Shown here: one piece after another, positions 1-13,574 of the stretch
How positions within the stretch are numbered: position 1 is the first letter of the stretch
Layout: each line of letters begins with the position of its first letter
Source: Bispira polyomma
Taxonomy: Eukaryota
DNA: 64,000 bases
Reading direction: 5' to 3'
Assembly (NCBI GenBank): GCA_965649765.1
Contig: OZ287755.1
Coordinates: forward strand, 62,558,001 to 62,622,000
The notes under the pieces: model-generated
What the model was told of the DNA's origin: nothing
The model's database searches: none
The model's input: the letters and a program-made list of their open reading frames with translations, nothing else
Position numbers and translations under genes: made by a program

Positions 1-2029
1 AAATTGGTACGCCAACGGGCGTACTGGCTTCTACACTAGCTACACCCCTGACTTTATTAAAAACATTGTCCCATTTAATGTACAGACATTCTTGAACAAA
101 AATGGTTAAAAAAATATTATATTAAAAAGTAATACTAATTTCTACATAAAAAATTTTGGTGTAAAATGTCTTACTTTCTAGAGGAAAATTGAAACCCCAA
201 AGTTGTTTGTAGGCAAATGGTGGTGGAATTATTGGTGGCAAACTTGACTCAATCTGACTAAGTCTGACTCAATCTGTGGAGATATCACATTCGAAAATGA
301 CGGAGGCAAGTAAAAGAATGACTCAGATATAATAGCAATGACCAATGGGGAGGAGAGTTGAGGGGGGTGGGGGTTTAGTTTAATCATCAAGATTCTTCCA
401 GAAATTGCTTCACATGAAACCAATGCGTGAGATTAATTGCTTAATCACAACACCAAACCAATGCCATTGTCCTAGCCTGGGTGGTTGTTTTTTTGCCACC
501 ATATTTGTGCATAGTATTTTTGTACCATTAACAAAAGTTATCACATAAAACATTATTCATAAATAAGAGCGAGGGGGGGTTTTGACTTCTTAAGATTTTA
601 ATTTCATATGATCCAATGAACATGTGTGTTAAAGAGCAAGACGTTTCTTCAGTCAGCTGTTTGAGATTAAAAAAAAAATACACACTAGAATCTTTTATTA
701 TCTGAACACCTTGGGAGAGCAACATACTGTGTTTGGATAAGAGAATGTCCATAAATAAGAAGGGGTATTGTAGTATAAAACAAAAGAAAATTATGGAATA
801 TTTGGATAATAGAAGTTTAGATAATAGAGCTTCTACTGTAATACAATAGAAAAAATATTAATGAGTTGAAATATTTTTAGTGTTTGATTCATACAAAGTA
901 GAAACTGTTATATCTGGACAAAGAGACAAATATATTATATAACATGTTATATGCATTTTTAATGCATTATTGATGCATGGCATCTTCTAAAGCGAAGCAG
1001 CCAAATAAATCAAGCAATCATGCCTCCTACAACATTGCCTGGGTTATCATCAGTAGGCTATGGTATGTTCACATCTTACCCAAGGATGTCATTTCACCAA
1101 TGAACATATCAGCGGTTAAGCAGGTTTCGAAATGGGGTCCTCGCAAGTCCAACTCTCCAAAAAGGGAATCAAACCTAGGGACCTTCTGATCACCAGACCA
1201 ACTCCCTTACCTCTAGGCCACAGGAGTTTACAAGTGCAGCATGAATTACTACATGTATATTATATGACCCGAAATTTGGACCATCAGAGTAAAATTTCAC
1301 TAATTAACAATTTCTAAGTAATTTGCTAGAATTTGTTTTTCTTACAACTTGTCAAGTTTAATTAAATGATAAATACAAATCTAAAGGGGGGGTTCCACAC
1401 TCAATTTCGATTGGCAAAAAGACCCGACTTTAAAGTCGATAAGGTCAGGACCAAAAAATCAATAAAATCCACTTTTTGGCCGGGAAAATGAAAATGTGCC
1501 CCAACCTTCCCGATTGAACTGATTGCGCACCAATTTGACGGGCCCGCGACCCCGATCGTACGTAAAGGTCGTACGACTTTGAACTCCATTGGCCCCCGAC
1601 CTTCCCGACCTGGATAGGATCGAACTTATTGACGATAGGATCGAACGTATTGGCTTAGGATCGAACGTTTTGACTATAGGATCTGATGTATTGGCCATCC
1701 CGACCAATAGGATCAAACTTTCTAAAAATTAAAGTCGGGAGTGCTTCCAGACCCTATAAGTAACTATTTTTGAACCCTAAAACTCAGGAATTTTTGAGTA
1801 ATCAGGTAATTAAATATTGAGTAAGTGAGTAAAATGCCAGGAAGGAGTGATGAAGATTTTTTGAGGAATCTAGGGATATTTTTAGTTTTTTTTTGAGATT
1901 GAAATATGTATCCTCATGCTTATATTACAACATGAGATAGACAAGGCTCAGGCTCAGGCTCAGGAGGATTTGAACCCAACACCACCACGCGCCCCTTGGG
2001 TTCCCCCCGGAGAATATTAGACTTCCACG

Positions 2030-3174
2030 TATGTCACCCACCTGCTGGGTCAAGCCTTGGATCAGTCAGAGAGAGGCCCTAGGCTACTACACAAAATTAC
2101 TACCGGAGCTACAGTAAGGGGATGCAGCCTCATACAGGAATTTTTTCAGGCTACCACCTGACATATTTGGCGAAATCAAGGATAGGATAACACCCCATGT
2201 GAAGAAAGAAGTAACTTGGTTCAGAAAGCCCTTGGATGTTGGACTGAAACTGGCTGTAACTTTGAGGCACCTGGCCACTGGGGAGAGCTACAGATCCCTG
2301 TCCTACTAGTTCAGGGTGGGGAAGTCATCTATCACCAAGTTTATACCAGAAGTATGCAAGGCCATCATTAGGGAATATGAGACAGAAAATCTAGCCTGCC
2401 CAAACACCCCTACAGATTGGCTGAAAATAGAAGAAGTGTACAGGACCAGGTGGAATATCCCTCATGCTGTTGGATCTATCGATGGGAAGCACGTGACCAT
2501 CAAGAAGCCTCCCAAGGCTGGGAGCGAAGTCTACAACTATAAAGGCTTCTACTCCATTGTCCTGTTTGGCCTGGTTGATGCGGACTACAGATTTATTTGG
2601 GTGGACATTGGCTGCAGTGGTTCCTGTTGCGACGCCCAAATTTTTAACCACTCAGAGCTCAAGCAGAAGATAGAAGATAGATCCATTGACCTGCAACACT
2701 GTTTGAGGGGTCTCGACGTGATGTGGAATACTTCCTGCTGGGGGACGACGCCTTTGCCCTGAAAACTTGGATGATGAAACCCTACTCAAGGAGGGAACTC
2801 ACCCATGCACAGAGAAATTGTAACTACAGGATATCCAGGGGAAGGCGGGTGGTGGAGAACGCTTTTGGAATTTTGGCCAGCCCCTCTACCGCCTATTACT
2901 GACGACAATGCAACAGAACCCCCTAGTGGCCTCAAATCTGACATTGACATGTGTGATATTACATAACATACTGAGTAGCCGGTGTGGAAACCCAGCACTA
3001 GAGCACCCCAACCCACAAGATGATCCACCTGAACCCGAGGTCCAGTTGGTAGGAGGTCAACCAACCACCCACAGAAACCCATCCAGGGCGGCCAAAGAAC
3101 AGAGGGACGTGTTAATGGACTTTTTTATGAATGAGGGGGGCCGTCCCGTGGCAAGAATAAAGAGTTTAGCCTGA
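2030..3174 (+). pseudogene. Harbinger (HARBI1-like) DDE transposase pseudogene
   Basis: Motifs [99 protein letters not shown]. In-frame stops at 2115-2117 and 2307-2309, plus frameshifts near 2700 and 2880. True start uncertain. Confidence 0.93.
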
Positions 3175-4057
3175 GCCTGAGCCTAACCACAAGAGCCAGA
3201 TGAGAAGTCAACCCAGAGGTCTTGCAGTAGCAGAAAATTTAAAAGGTCCTTTTCAGGACCACCCAAAATTTAAAAGGTCCTTTTCAGGACCACCCAAAAA
3301 TTTCAAAAACAATATCTGAGCTGTTTGTTACACCCCCACCCATTACCAGTAACAATCACTAAATGTAATACCAAGGGCCCCTACACACATACAACTTAAC
3401 CAATTCCCCCAAAAAAAACATTGAAAATGTAAAAAGCCCTACACACACAGACATAATAAGAACCCTTGGTGCCAGTTGTTTTGGGCAAAAAAGGGTTAAA
3501 ATCAAAAAAAGTTGTGTGACCACTCATTTGGAAGATTTTTATCTCACGAGCTTATTTATTTTGTCTACAAAAAAAACTTTTCATTGCATCAACACAAAAA
3601 TTAAAGTTTAAGAAAAAGATTCTCAATTCCTTTTCCTCAAAATTATTTCTGTTTTTTTCCCCCCAAAAAAACACACACAATGCACTACAGCCTGGGGAGT
3701 TTGTATCTCAATTTGGTACTTATTGGGTTATTTGGGACAGACTTTGTACTGTCTTCCCTTCTAAAACAATTTCTTGTAATTATTGTCTGTCATTATTTAT
3801 CAGAAACATTTACTATGGGGATGGGGACTTGATATCTCAATTCGGTACTTATAGGGACAGATTTGACAGACTTTTTTTTTTCCTAATAATATCTCATATT
3901 TGGTATCCCTTGTCATTTAACAAAATCTTTTCAATGGGGGTAGGGATTTTCATTCTCAATTAGATAGTTACTTGGGCAATTTTGGGAGGTTTTGATTCTT
4001 TCTTTTTTTCCCCCCTATTCTCAAACAAAATTATCTAAACAGGGACAAGTTGGACAT

Positions 4058-5571
4058 TCACAAACAATTATTGGGGGGGTGATAAGTAAGTTTTGTCTGT
4101 ATGAGTGTTATTTGTTTTGCGTGGCTAAATAATCTGTCTGGCGGTGTTGGTCGTGGAGTGGTAGAGGTAGACAGTGCTGGTGAAGCGGGCTGCAGGTGTA
4201 GCTGATGCTGTGACACGGGCTCGGACTCTGGCTGAGGAGTTGGCGAGACCATCAGCTGCTGTTTGTTGTCAATCAAGACGACCTGTGACTGCTGATTGTC
4301 CACTGGTAAAGACGTTACCAATATTCCTGGGGCGCTGGGACTAACTTTCTCATAATCAAAGTTCTGGGGGAGTTCGCTGTTGTACTTCCTCAGAAAGCTT
4401 GAAATCGTTGACGTGTTGTGTGCTGACTCCTCAAACAAGGACGCATTAGAAGGTGGGTTTGAGTACTGCTTACTAGGAGAAATGCTCGCCATCTTCAACT
4501 TAGTAGCAATCCCTGAAAGTTCTTCCAAGCTAAAGTAAGTTGGTGACTTGACACTGGACTACCCAGCAGCCGAAGACTCTGTAGCTGTACCCACCACAAT
4601 GAACTGTGGTGGGTGCTGAGACTGCTGGGATGGAAAGTTCTGTTGTTGAAATGTGGTAGCAGGCTTCTGCTGAGACGACCCAGCAGCCGAAGACTCTGTA
4701 GCTGTACCCACCACAACGAACTGTGGTGGGTGCTGAGACTGCTGGGAATGAAAGTTCTGCGGTTGAAACGCGGGCTTCTGTGCAGCAGCCGAAGACTCTG
4801 TAGCTCTATCCATCACCACAAGCTCAGGATGCTGAGACTGCTGCACGTACTGCTGGGGGATGTAGCTCAATCCAGGCGCTTGCGGCAGGGCAGGTCTGGC
4901 GAAGGCACTCCTCACGGGTTGACACCTTGCTGGATCTGGCTGAGGCAGGAAAAGGTGCTGTCTCGGAACTTCTGAAACTTGCCCTCATCTAACTTCTCTG
5001 CCTCGGCTGCTAGGTAAGTGAAAAAGGCGCTGCGGTTGGTCACAGGCTTCTGGGGACTTCTCTGCTCTCCAACCAAGCTGATCATCAGTGTCCTGATCTG
5101 TGTGAGGTGCTCTCCAAGCATCAGGTTGGCATCGATTGAGCTGAGTCGAGACGGGGAACTTCTCTGGAGGCTCCTGAGACTGGTCTCTGTGATGCTGTCG
5201 CCCTCTCCTCCGATGCTGGAACATCTGGACACATCGTGGCTTCCCTGGCAGGGTGGGGACACTCCCTAGGTAGACGTAGCACTGGATTTGAAGCCTGACG
5301 ACTTAACATGTCTGACGATGTGAGATCCAAGAAAGGAGAAGTGCGCGATCAGCCAGTTCTCTCGCTCTGTAAAATCGGGTGTGGCCTGTTCAGACTTCTT
5401 AATCATCAACTTGCCGAAGCGGGTCCTCTGCGACTGAAACCAAGTCCTAACCTCATTGGTTTTCAAACCACGGGTAGCTGCGAAATCGGACCACAACTTC
5501 TCCTTCAGTGTTCTGTCCTTGAACTGTTCGTGGCGCTTGTTGAAAAGCACCTCGTCTCTGACAAAATCCAT
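4058..5571 (-). pseudogene. Harbinger accessory MADF/Myb-SANT-like DNA-binding protein pseudogene with Gln/Ser-rich tail
   Basis: DFVRDEVLFNKRHEQFKDRTLKEKLW...EVRTWFQSQRTRFGK matches a MADF trihelix pattern. ORF pieces 5266-5571, 4912-5262, 4559-4915 and 4058-4528 are joined by stops (5266, 4559) and one frameshift (~4913). A BESS-like segment reads AFFTYLAAEAEKLDEGKFQKFR. Confidence 0.85.
4561..4860. repeat. 120-bp tandem repeat (~2.5 copies) inside the Harbinger ORF2
   Basis: CCAGCAGCCGAAGACTCTGTAGCTGTACCCACCACA recurs at ~4563 and ~4680, with a partial copy at ~4783. It encodes the QQSQHPPQFVVVGTATESSAA repeats. Confidence 0.85.
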
Positions 5572-7899
5572 GTCAAATAAGTTCGACCGGATTGGCAGCC
5601 CCGCCTGTCATATTGAAAAAGAGGCGGATCCCAATAGGACAGAACGGGCCAGCAATAGGATCGAACGTATTGATGGTCCCGACTTTGAGGTCCGGGACCA
5701 AAAGTCGGGACCACTTTTAAAATTTCTAACTTTTTTGATATTCTTCCAGACCTTCCTGACCACCCCGTTTTTGGTCCCCGACCTTCCCGTACGTGTCCCG
5801 GACCTCAAAGTCGGGAAGGTCAGGGACCAAATCCTGAATGTGGAACCCCCACTTAAATTTTCCCTGGTAATTAATTTCACTGTATAAGCCCAACAGGGAA
5901 AAAGTAAATTTCACTTACAAGATATAAAGTAGGATAGATATAAAAGAGGACAAAAGAGAAAAGTGTTTTAATAAAATATATTCAAAACATTTAGTAGATT
6001 TAAAACAAATTCATAAAATCCACTGATCGGAGAATAAATATTGAGATAATAAACATGTAAAGTAACCATTATAACAGATAGGTTGTAGTATAGAAAAGAA
6101 TCCCTCAATTGTAACTAAGGAAAATTTAGATGAGTTTATTATAGGATTATACTGCCTTCATCTTTAAAATGGGAATCAAAAGGTTACAATAAATTTTGAT
6201 ATGAAAGCTTTACATTTTAGACACAATTATTGTGATCCCATTCCAATGATGCATATGGTGGGTTTTTAATACCACTTTTTTGGTATTTGGTTACAGATAG
6301 TTGGAGTGACTAAAACACACACCACAGACTGCTTCCGGCATTCAATAACGGTCTAATATATAATTCATTAAACAGGGAACCATTTTTTATTGTGAGTAAC
6401 TGAACGAAAATAAAATTATGTTTTTTGGGGTGTTGACTGATTATTAACCAAGGTTCAGGGAGTAAAAAATGCTGCCAGTTACTAGTTAACAAAGTACAGA
6501 ATTTGAATTTATCTGGGTTTTATATCTCTTTCAATAGCTTTGGTCATATTGCGATAGACAGGTTAAGTTGTGGGGGAAACCAATGCTGAAGTATTGTAAA
6601 CCACCGTCCTGACAAACTTTCTCACATGAACAAGTAATCTTTGGGATTCGATCCCCAGAGGTGAGAGGCCAGTGATTTTAAAATCGACACTTATGATTAC
6701 TAGGCCACCGCGGCCCTCGTCAAGAAGTCTATTTTTTGCAAAAAATGAAGCATCAATAGAATATAAACAGACATTCCACTTCCCAGAGGGTATGTATTAA
6801 GTGAAGACATAAATCATTACAAATACCGTATAAGTAGGAAATTTTTATTTTTAGCTTCAATAATAGTGAAAAGTGAATGTTCACTCGAAAAATTCCTATA
6901 TCTAAATATTCTTTTATGTAAAAAAAAAACAGGCAATAGTTTTAAACATAAATTGAATTTACTTTTGTAGAAATTACCAGATGTATATAGCAACATTTTG
7001 ATTACAGCTAAAATTCCAGTATTACTGTAAATTTTGGATTGAGAAAAACTGGTAGCCAGATGGTTAAGGAAAACATTAGGCTTTTCAGGGAGTGTGTGTG
7101 TGTGTGTGTGTTAATAATACCAGAATACACCAAGAAGGGGGCTTAATCACTGCTAGATTTGTCACCCACATATTGTCCTGGTTAATTGTGACCCAAAAAA
7201 TAGATAAAAAAAAGACAGATAACTTAGTTGAACAGAGAGACACACAGGGAAAGACCATATGCCAGCACTGATGTTATTTACACACAAAAAATTGTTTGTT
7301 TTGTTTTTTTAAACTCAAACTTAAGTCTCAAAGTCTCCTGTGTTTGACATAAATAAATACAACAGAACAACCTCTATTATCCAAACTATTAACCTACTAA
7401 AAGGTACTAGAGTGGACGTTAAATATTCAAATTAAAAATTTACAATTTTAGTATGGTATGCATATCTGAGTGGAGTTTTAGTCATTTTGTGAATACTAGA
7501 GGTTTGAGATGTTATGTCCCCGTTCACACATTGGTGGTATGGTAAGCAGGTACCAAAAGGGATAATTGTAACTTGTCCTTCTACCTGTTATGTCCGCGGT
7601 TCTATCTAGGGAATATATATATAGCCCCTCATATGGAGTGAAACCTGTCCAGATCAGTTTTACAGATGGAAAGAGATGGAAGCAGACAATTACTGGCACA
7701 GATGTGTTAAAGTAGTGATACAGAAATAGTTGAAAACAGGCAAAACATACGGTAACTGGGACAAAAGACTAATAGTAGAAACCAGTGGAAGGACACCTTG
7801 GGGGAAGGTGGATGTTTGACCAGACTAAAAATTCAGCTAGGAACGACCAACTGTAGAAGGTTTGGGAAGCAAGCTGAAGTAAATAAACGTGATTTTTTT

Positions 7900-8125
7900 T
7901 AAAATTTGGATATTTAACGTCCACTCTATATTTGGACTGGTAGTTGGAAACGCTGGAGGAAACACTTCTCACAGTTGATCAAGGTTCTGCACTGAAATCA
8001 GCAGCCCACAGTAAGGAACTACCACCTTTCCCACATAGACATCAGCGGGATTCGAACTCACACCGCCCAGAGGTGAAAGACCAGTGATTGTGAAGCTAAC
8101 CACTAGGCCACCGCGGCCCCCTAAA
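7900..8125 (-). mobile_element. tRNA-derived SINE (related copies ~8775-9000, and similar heads at ~6540-6720, 22040-22240, 40500-40710)
   Basis: Minus-strand head GGGGCCGCGGTGGCCTAGTGG (A box) ... GAGTTCGAATCCC (B box). Near-identical body at 8780-8995. Confidence 0.75.
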
Positions 8126-10318
8126 GTTAATAAATGTGATAGATAGGGCTCTAGACGGTACAAGGAGAGGTTCACAAATTCTCTTATATCACCTTTCAAT
8201 ACCGTCATAGTGTGAATCCTGCATAAAATAGGGATTTAAACACACTGTGTTTTGCTACAAAATTATTTGTTGTGTTTTGTCAATGAGCTAGTATTGTGAA
8301 TATTATTTTCTAGTCATTATTCAAATTTGTAATTACATGATTCACCATCTGCTACATGAAGGTTGTGTTTTAGCTAATGTTCTCTACTGATGCCCTTCTG
8401 GTGATGAGAAATGTAAAAAAAAAAGAATATCTTTTTTTTTTTATAAAAAAGTTTATTAGTAAAGATAGACATTTACAACAATTTCAAATGGCGTTTGTTT
8501 CAACATTAAACTATTAAAATATAGCTTTGTATTATGAACACAATAAAATGTAAATTTTGTTTGTCTTATATCATCAATATTATTACAATACATCAACCAC
8601 TTAAGATACCTTTGATCCATTACACTTTTCTGCTGCTTATTACAAAGCACAAAACTAGAGGAACATGTTCAGAAATAAAGTCTGTCATTCTAAGACCCAA
8701 AACACCAGTACATGTTTTTTGTATTCACATATAAGGTCCTAATTTAATCTTGATCTTAACCCTTTTGACTTTGAATTTGAATTTGGATATTTAACGTCCA
8801 CTCTAGTACCTTTTAGTAGGTTATCTTGGGACGGGTAGTTGGAAATGCTGGAGGAAACACTGTATACAGTCGGTCAAGGTTCTGCAGAGAAACCAGCGGC
8901 CCACAGTAAGGAGCTACCACCTTTCCCACATAGGCATCGACAGTATTCGAACTCACGCCGCCCAGAGGTATGAGACCAGTGATTGTGAAGCGCAATGCTT
9001 GCTAATCACCTAACCCTTTTGACTCCTAGGCTGTTGGCGAGCAGTGCACGGCATTTCTTACTTACAAAATGTACCTAAGGAATTGGCCTGTTTTTTTCCA
9101 GGTCGATTAATCATTTTATTTGTCGACTGATCAGCGATCTATAATCGTTTATTCATATAATTTTATTGTTTAAATGTAAAGTTACCTCTCCTGCTATTCC
9201 GGGCCGAATATATTGTGAACCGTTAAACATTTGGTTAAATTCAAAATGTTCACGTTTAGTATCTACCATTGAACTTTATGACTTCTGGTAAACATGGCGG
9301 TAAACGAAAACAACTGCAAAGAGATAAAAAAAAATTATTTGACTTAAAAACTACATAAAATAATACTAAAAAGTCAAAATATCTTATTAGTTGAACTTAG
9401 GAACAGTATTTGGTGAATAATCGATTGTATAAAATTAAAAGCGATCAACAATGATTTTTGGAGTATCACCGACAATTTATTGAGCGGTCGTCTAATTTTC
9501 CACCCACTAAATTACTACCCCAGTATTTCTGTCGACATACAGATATTTTTTTTAAATGTCTCTAATTTGTATCATATATTTCAGTTTACATTACTTTATT
9601 ATTTCATAAATTATCTTATTGGTGATTAAATAAATAAAACTAAAAACGACATGTATCATTAATCAAGCCAAAAATTAGTTGTTTGTTTTCTATATATTAT
9701 CTAAAGTTGAAAAAAGGAGCAGCTACATTCCTTTGGTTGTTACCCCAACAAAAGATGCACAATTACTTACACAATGAATTAAGATGAGGTTGAACATAAT
9801 CAGCTATATCTTAAAATTTTATTTGAATTAAAAAAAATTGAATTACAATGTATATACACATTCTCTATAAAGATAAAAAAAGGTTTTCACACAGGTTAAG
9901 AATTTGTTTGGATAGTAGAATGTTCAGAAAATAGGTACATGTATTTCAGTATCAAAACAATAGTGAAATATGAAGTTTTGAAGGAGTTCATACAAATAAA
10001 CTGTTTGGATAATTAAAATTTGGATAAGACAGCTTCTCTACAGTATGTATATTAGTGCATCTAACTTGATCTGACCTGTCAACTTATCGGTTTTAATTCA
10101 CCTCTAAAATGCTAATGTGAACTCTGTTTAAACTGCTTGAACTCTGATCACATACACATGTTAATTTATATGGTAACATTACGGCTTAGTGTGATTCTCA
10201 TTTTGAATTTCATAAAAGACAAAAGCAAAAAATAGAAAAAAGCATGGATTATGTAAAGAAAATGCAAATTTATGTACATAATATTGAAATACCCTATTTG
10301 CATTTAATCACCAATACT

Positions 10319-10350
<32 letters not shown>

Positions 10351-11326
10351 GTATATTTATATTACATATTTTTAAAATCTGTAAAACTTCTAGTAAATAT
10401 ATGTACAACATTTTTCTCTCAATATAATCCTCCGTAAACATTGACCAAAAGCTAGTCATTTCTCATGTACCAACACGCATCACTAACATGGCATACCACA
10501 GTACCAATTATGGCTCCTTGTATATTTCTTTGGAGTGTTCACATGTTTAAAATACGAAAACCAGTTAACATCTTTAAAACAGCTTACATGACGATAACAC
10601 CACTGCAGGATAGATATTACGTTCTGCTTGTATAGGCTTCTTTGTTTAATGAATCATCAGACATAAGTCAGGGTATACTCTGGATTACGTGGCATCGTAC
10701 TGTCGGTGTTGACACACAGTAAAAATATCTGATTTAAATTTGGTATGTGGGTGTATTTTGGAAGGAATTTCATTGGCTAATTCCATTTGACCTTGAGGCT
10801 CAAGTTAAATGTCATTTAGAGCACAACATCTGGTCAAAATTCATTATGCAGAGGAGAAAGAATTATTAGAAATATCTATTTAGAAAAAAGGAAAGTTATG
10901 GTTTTAAAAAAGAAAACAAAATCTTTTATACATGTTAGTATTGGACTGATGGATTTGAAGGAAAAATTAGTAAAATCTCTGATTATCATCCAATTCGGAA
11001 ATGACTGGTAAGTACTTTAAAGATTTTACCTAAAACCCTACAAGCAACCATTTTTACTGATTTCCAATGATGGTCGTCTTATATAAAACTTCTGGTGTTA
11101 GTTTTTTTGCCTGAAGCTATTTGATTGGCTGAAAATATATTTTTAAAATTTTGTCTCAAATAATTTCATTAGCTGATAATATTTTTTTTATTTTTTGTCT
11201 ATTAAATTCGAATATTTTTAAAACAATGTAATTGGCTGAGACTAAGAAAATTTTAATAATTGGATTCTAAGAATGTTTGTGAATTGCGACCCTAGTACAG
11301 CTATGCCATGTTGTGTTTTGCTTGTT

Positions 11327-11376
<50 letters not shown>

Positions 11377-11458
11377 AAGATATAGCTTAAGTCACACCCG
11401 TTCTAGTCTCTTCACCCCTCATGGCACCAATATATATAAACCTCCTGATCCTGTATTT

Positions 11459-11685
11459 TCACCCAGACGGTCCTTTTGACTGTAAGTGTGAGAGATCAAG
11501 GCAAGCCCTACAGCATGTGTTCCGCGGACCTCCTAGCTCTCTGCAGAATTGTGGGTAATCGCGGGTGATAATAGAGCAGGAGTTGACTTTCTCCACGTAA
11601 TCCGTGCTGCCATCTGGTTTGTAGTGAGTCACCAGGTAGTGGTTTGTGGCTGACAGGGTGTCACGACAGTTACACCGACGCATAT
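11459..11685 (-). CDS. Exon E23: gamma module, probable terminal exon ending QSKGPSG-stop
   Basis: tttctgttag|AT. Encodes CNCRDTLSA...SCSIITRDYPQFCRELGGPRNTCCRAC. TGA at 11459-11461; no further module exon seen downstream. Confidence 0.88.
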
Positions 11686-11930
11686 CTAACAGAAAACAAA
11701 CAAACAGTTAGTCAACAACAGTCGGGAATTGTACATTTGATTTATTTATTCATTCGTAAACTAGGTACAATATAACATGTTTATACAATGTAAAAAAAGA
11801 AGAGAAAAATGATACAAAAAAAAATTAATAAATTAACATACATATTCAACATTAACATCTGTACATAACACTAGGATTCTACTCAGTAAATAGTAATTTA
11901 AAAAACTTTCTTAAAATTTACCTGCCAAAA

Positions 11931-12134
11931 TTACCATAACATAACATAACATATTGCATTTGGTATATGCTTTGTCATGTGTTATTGTAAATGTGTACAT
12001 GTGTGTAGTTTAAAGTCTGAGATCACCTCTATTACCATAACATAACATAACATATTGCATTTGATATATGCTTTGTCATGTGTTATTGTAAATGTGTACA
12101 TGTGTGTAGTTTAAAGTCTGAGATCACCTCTATT
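11931..12134. repeat. 102-bp direct tandem duplication
   Basis: TTACCATAACATAACATAACATATTGC...GAGATCACCTCTATT occurs twice. Confidence 0.85.
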
Positions 12135-12149
12135 GAGATCTTAGCCGAA

Positions 12150-12380
12150 TTTACAGTTTACACCCAAGCCTGGGTTTTTCCACTTGTCAGACAATTGTTC
12201 AGTCTCAGCTCCCTCAGAAACATACTAGCCATGCTGCCACATGTGGCGCACAAAGACAAACACCCATTAGCGGCCAGAGAAAGCACTTTGTCCAAAGGTA
12301 TAATCTCCAGGCCTGCAGCGAACCAGGACTTTGAGATCACTCAGATCCAAAGTCCGACACTCTAACCGCTAGGCCACAAA
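12150..12380 (-). mobile_element. tRNA-derived SINE, third family (copies ~46175-46415 minus, ~14090-14235 plus)
   Basis: Head TGTGGCCTAGCGGTTAGAG; shared body GAGGGAGCTGAGACTGAACAATT...ACAAGTGGAA...CCCAGGCT. The copy at 46310 has CCCAGGTGTATAAATGGGTACC. Confidence 0.72.
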
Positions 12381-12445
12381 GACCACCTGACATTTATTCC
12401 TAGAATTTTACTTTTTATCCCTTGAATAAAATTTAAAAAACTGAC

Positions 12446-12583
12446 CAGCATGTTTACAGGAGTCACAACAGTGGTTCCTGACATGGAGACAACGACAAGG
12501 GTCCAAGTGTACGTAGTCTCGACAGTTATACTTGACACCGTCTAGCTGCCAGTACATCAGGGAGTCGTCTACACAGCTCAGGT
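12446..12583 (-). CDS. Exon E22: beta module, paralog of E9
   Basis: tttcccag|AC ... GCT G|gtcagt. Encodes LSCVDDSLMYW...NCRDYVHLDPCRCLHVRNHCCDSC. Confidence 0.9.
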
Positions 12584-13415
12584 CTGGGAAATGTACAGGG
12601 AAAAATACAGAAGTACAACTACTTGAATACAAACCTCAAGAGAGATATGCTCCCATCACAGAAGGAGGGAGTGGGGAGGATAGCTATAACCCAGCTCAGG
12701 TATACACAACGATTCATATTCCTAAATGTTTCTCTCAAACAATTTCAAAATTGTTTCAAAGCATCTGATTGGCTTCTATCACAGAAGGAGGGAGTGTGAG
12801 GAGGATAACTATAATGCTGCTCAGGTATTCACAAAGATATTCTTATTCTTAAATTTATGTCTCACACAATTTCATTGGTTGAAAATATTGCTTCAAAGAA
12901 TCTTATTGTCTGAGACTAAATTATTTTGAAGAATTGTCTTGTAAGAGTGTTTGTGATTATGATCCCTCGAATGTACAACAAAACATCTACAGTGGTGACC
13001 ACTTTAAATCAAACCTCAAGGGATATATACTCATTACAGAGAAAGGGGGAGGATAACTATAATATCCAACTCAGGTCTGGAATGTACAGCAAAACATCTA
13101 TAGATGAGCCACTTTAATTCAAACCTTAAGGGATATATGCGCTAATCACAGAGGAAGGGGAGGATAACTATAATATCAAACTCAGGTCTGGAATGTACAG
13201 GAAAAATATGTACATTTTGAACCTTAAGGTATATGTTCCCATTAAGGCGTGGTAAGAGGTGAACCAATTTTCTGGTCCTAAAATTTCTGAATTACTGGGT
13301 TTAAATCAGGTATAAGTGGAAGTTAATGACTTATAATTGGAAGTTCATAACTACAGCAAACTAAAAATTAAAACAATATCAGGATGTGCCTGATAAAAAA
13401 CACACACAAACATAC

Positions 13416-13574
13416 CTCCAACATTCTGACAAGATCTACAGCAGGCTTGGCCTTGACCTCCGTAATCTTTACACTGGTCTTTGTAGTCTCTGGCCAACAG
13501 TCTGCAGTCATCTACAGGCTTGCCATTTAAATAGAGGGGATACTGCGCTGAGAGCTTGTCCATACAATTAGGCT
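13416..13574 (-). CDS. Exon E21: alpha module, paralog of E8
   Basis: cctttgtag|AG ... GGA G|gtatgt. Encodes CMDKLSAQYP...DDCRLLARDYKDQCKDYGGQGQACCRSC. Confidence 0.9.

Larger units (their letters stand above)
1385..5853. mobile_element. Full-length but inactivated PIF/Harbinger DNA transposon
   Basis: 19-bp TIRs: AGGGGGGGTTCCACACTCA (1385-1403) and reverse complement AGTGGGGGTTCCACATTCA (5835-5853), 2 mismatches. TAA target-site duplication at 1382-1384 and 5854-5856. Convergent transposase (+) and MADF/Myb-like (-) genes, the canonical Harbinger layout. Confidence 0.95.

Noticed and set aside
8040-8125. tRNA gene candidates at SINE heads
   Set aside because: A and B boxes are present but there is no complete cloverleaf, and they are attached to dispersed SINE bodies.
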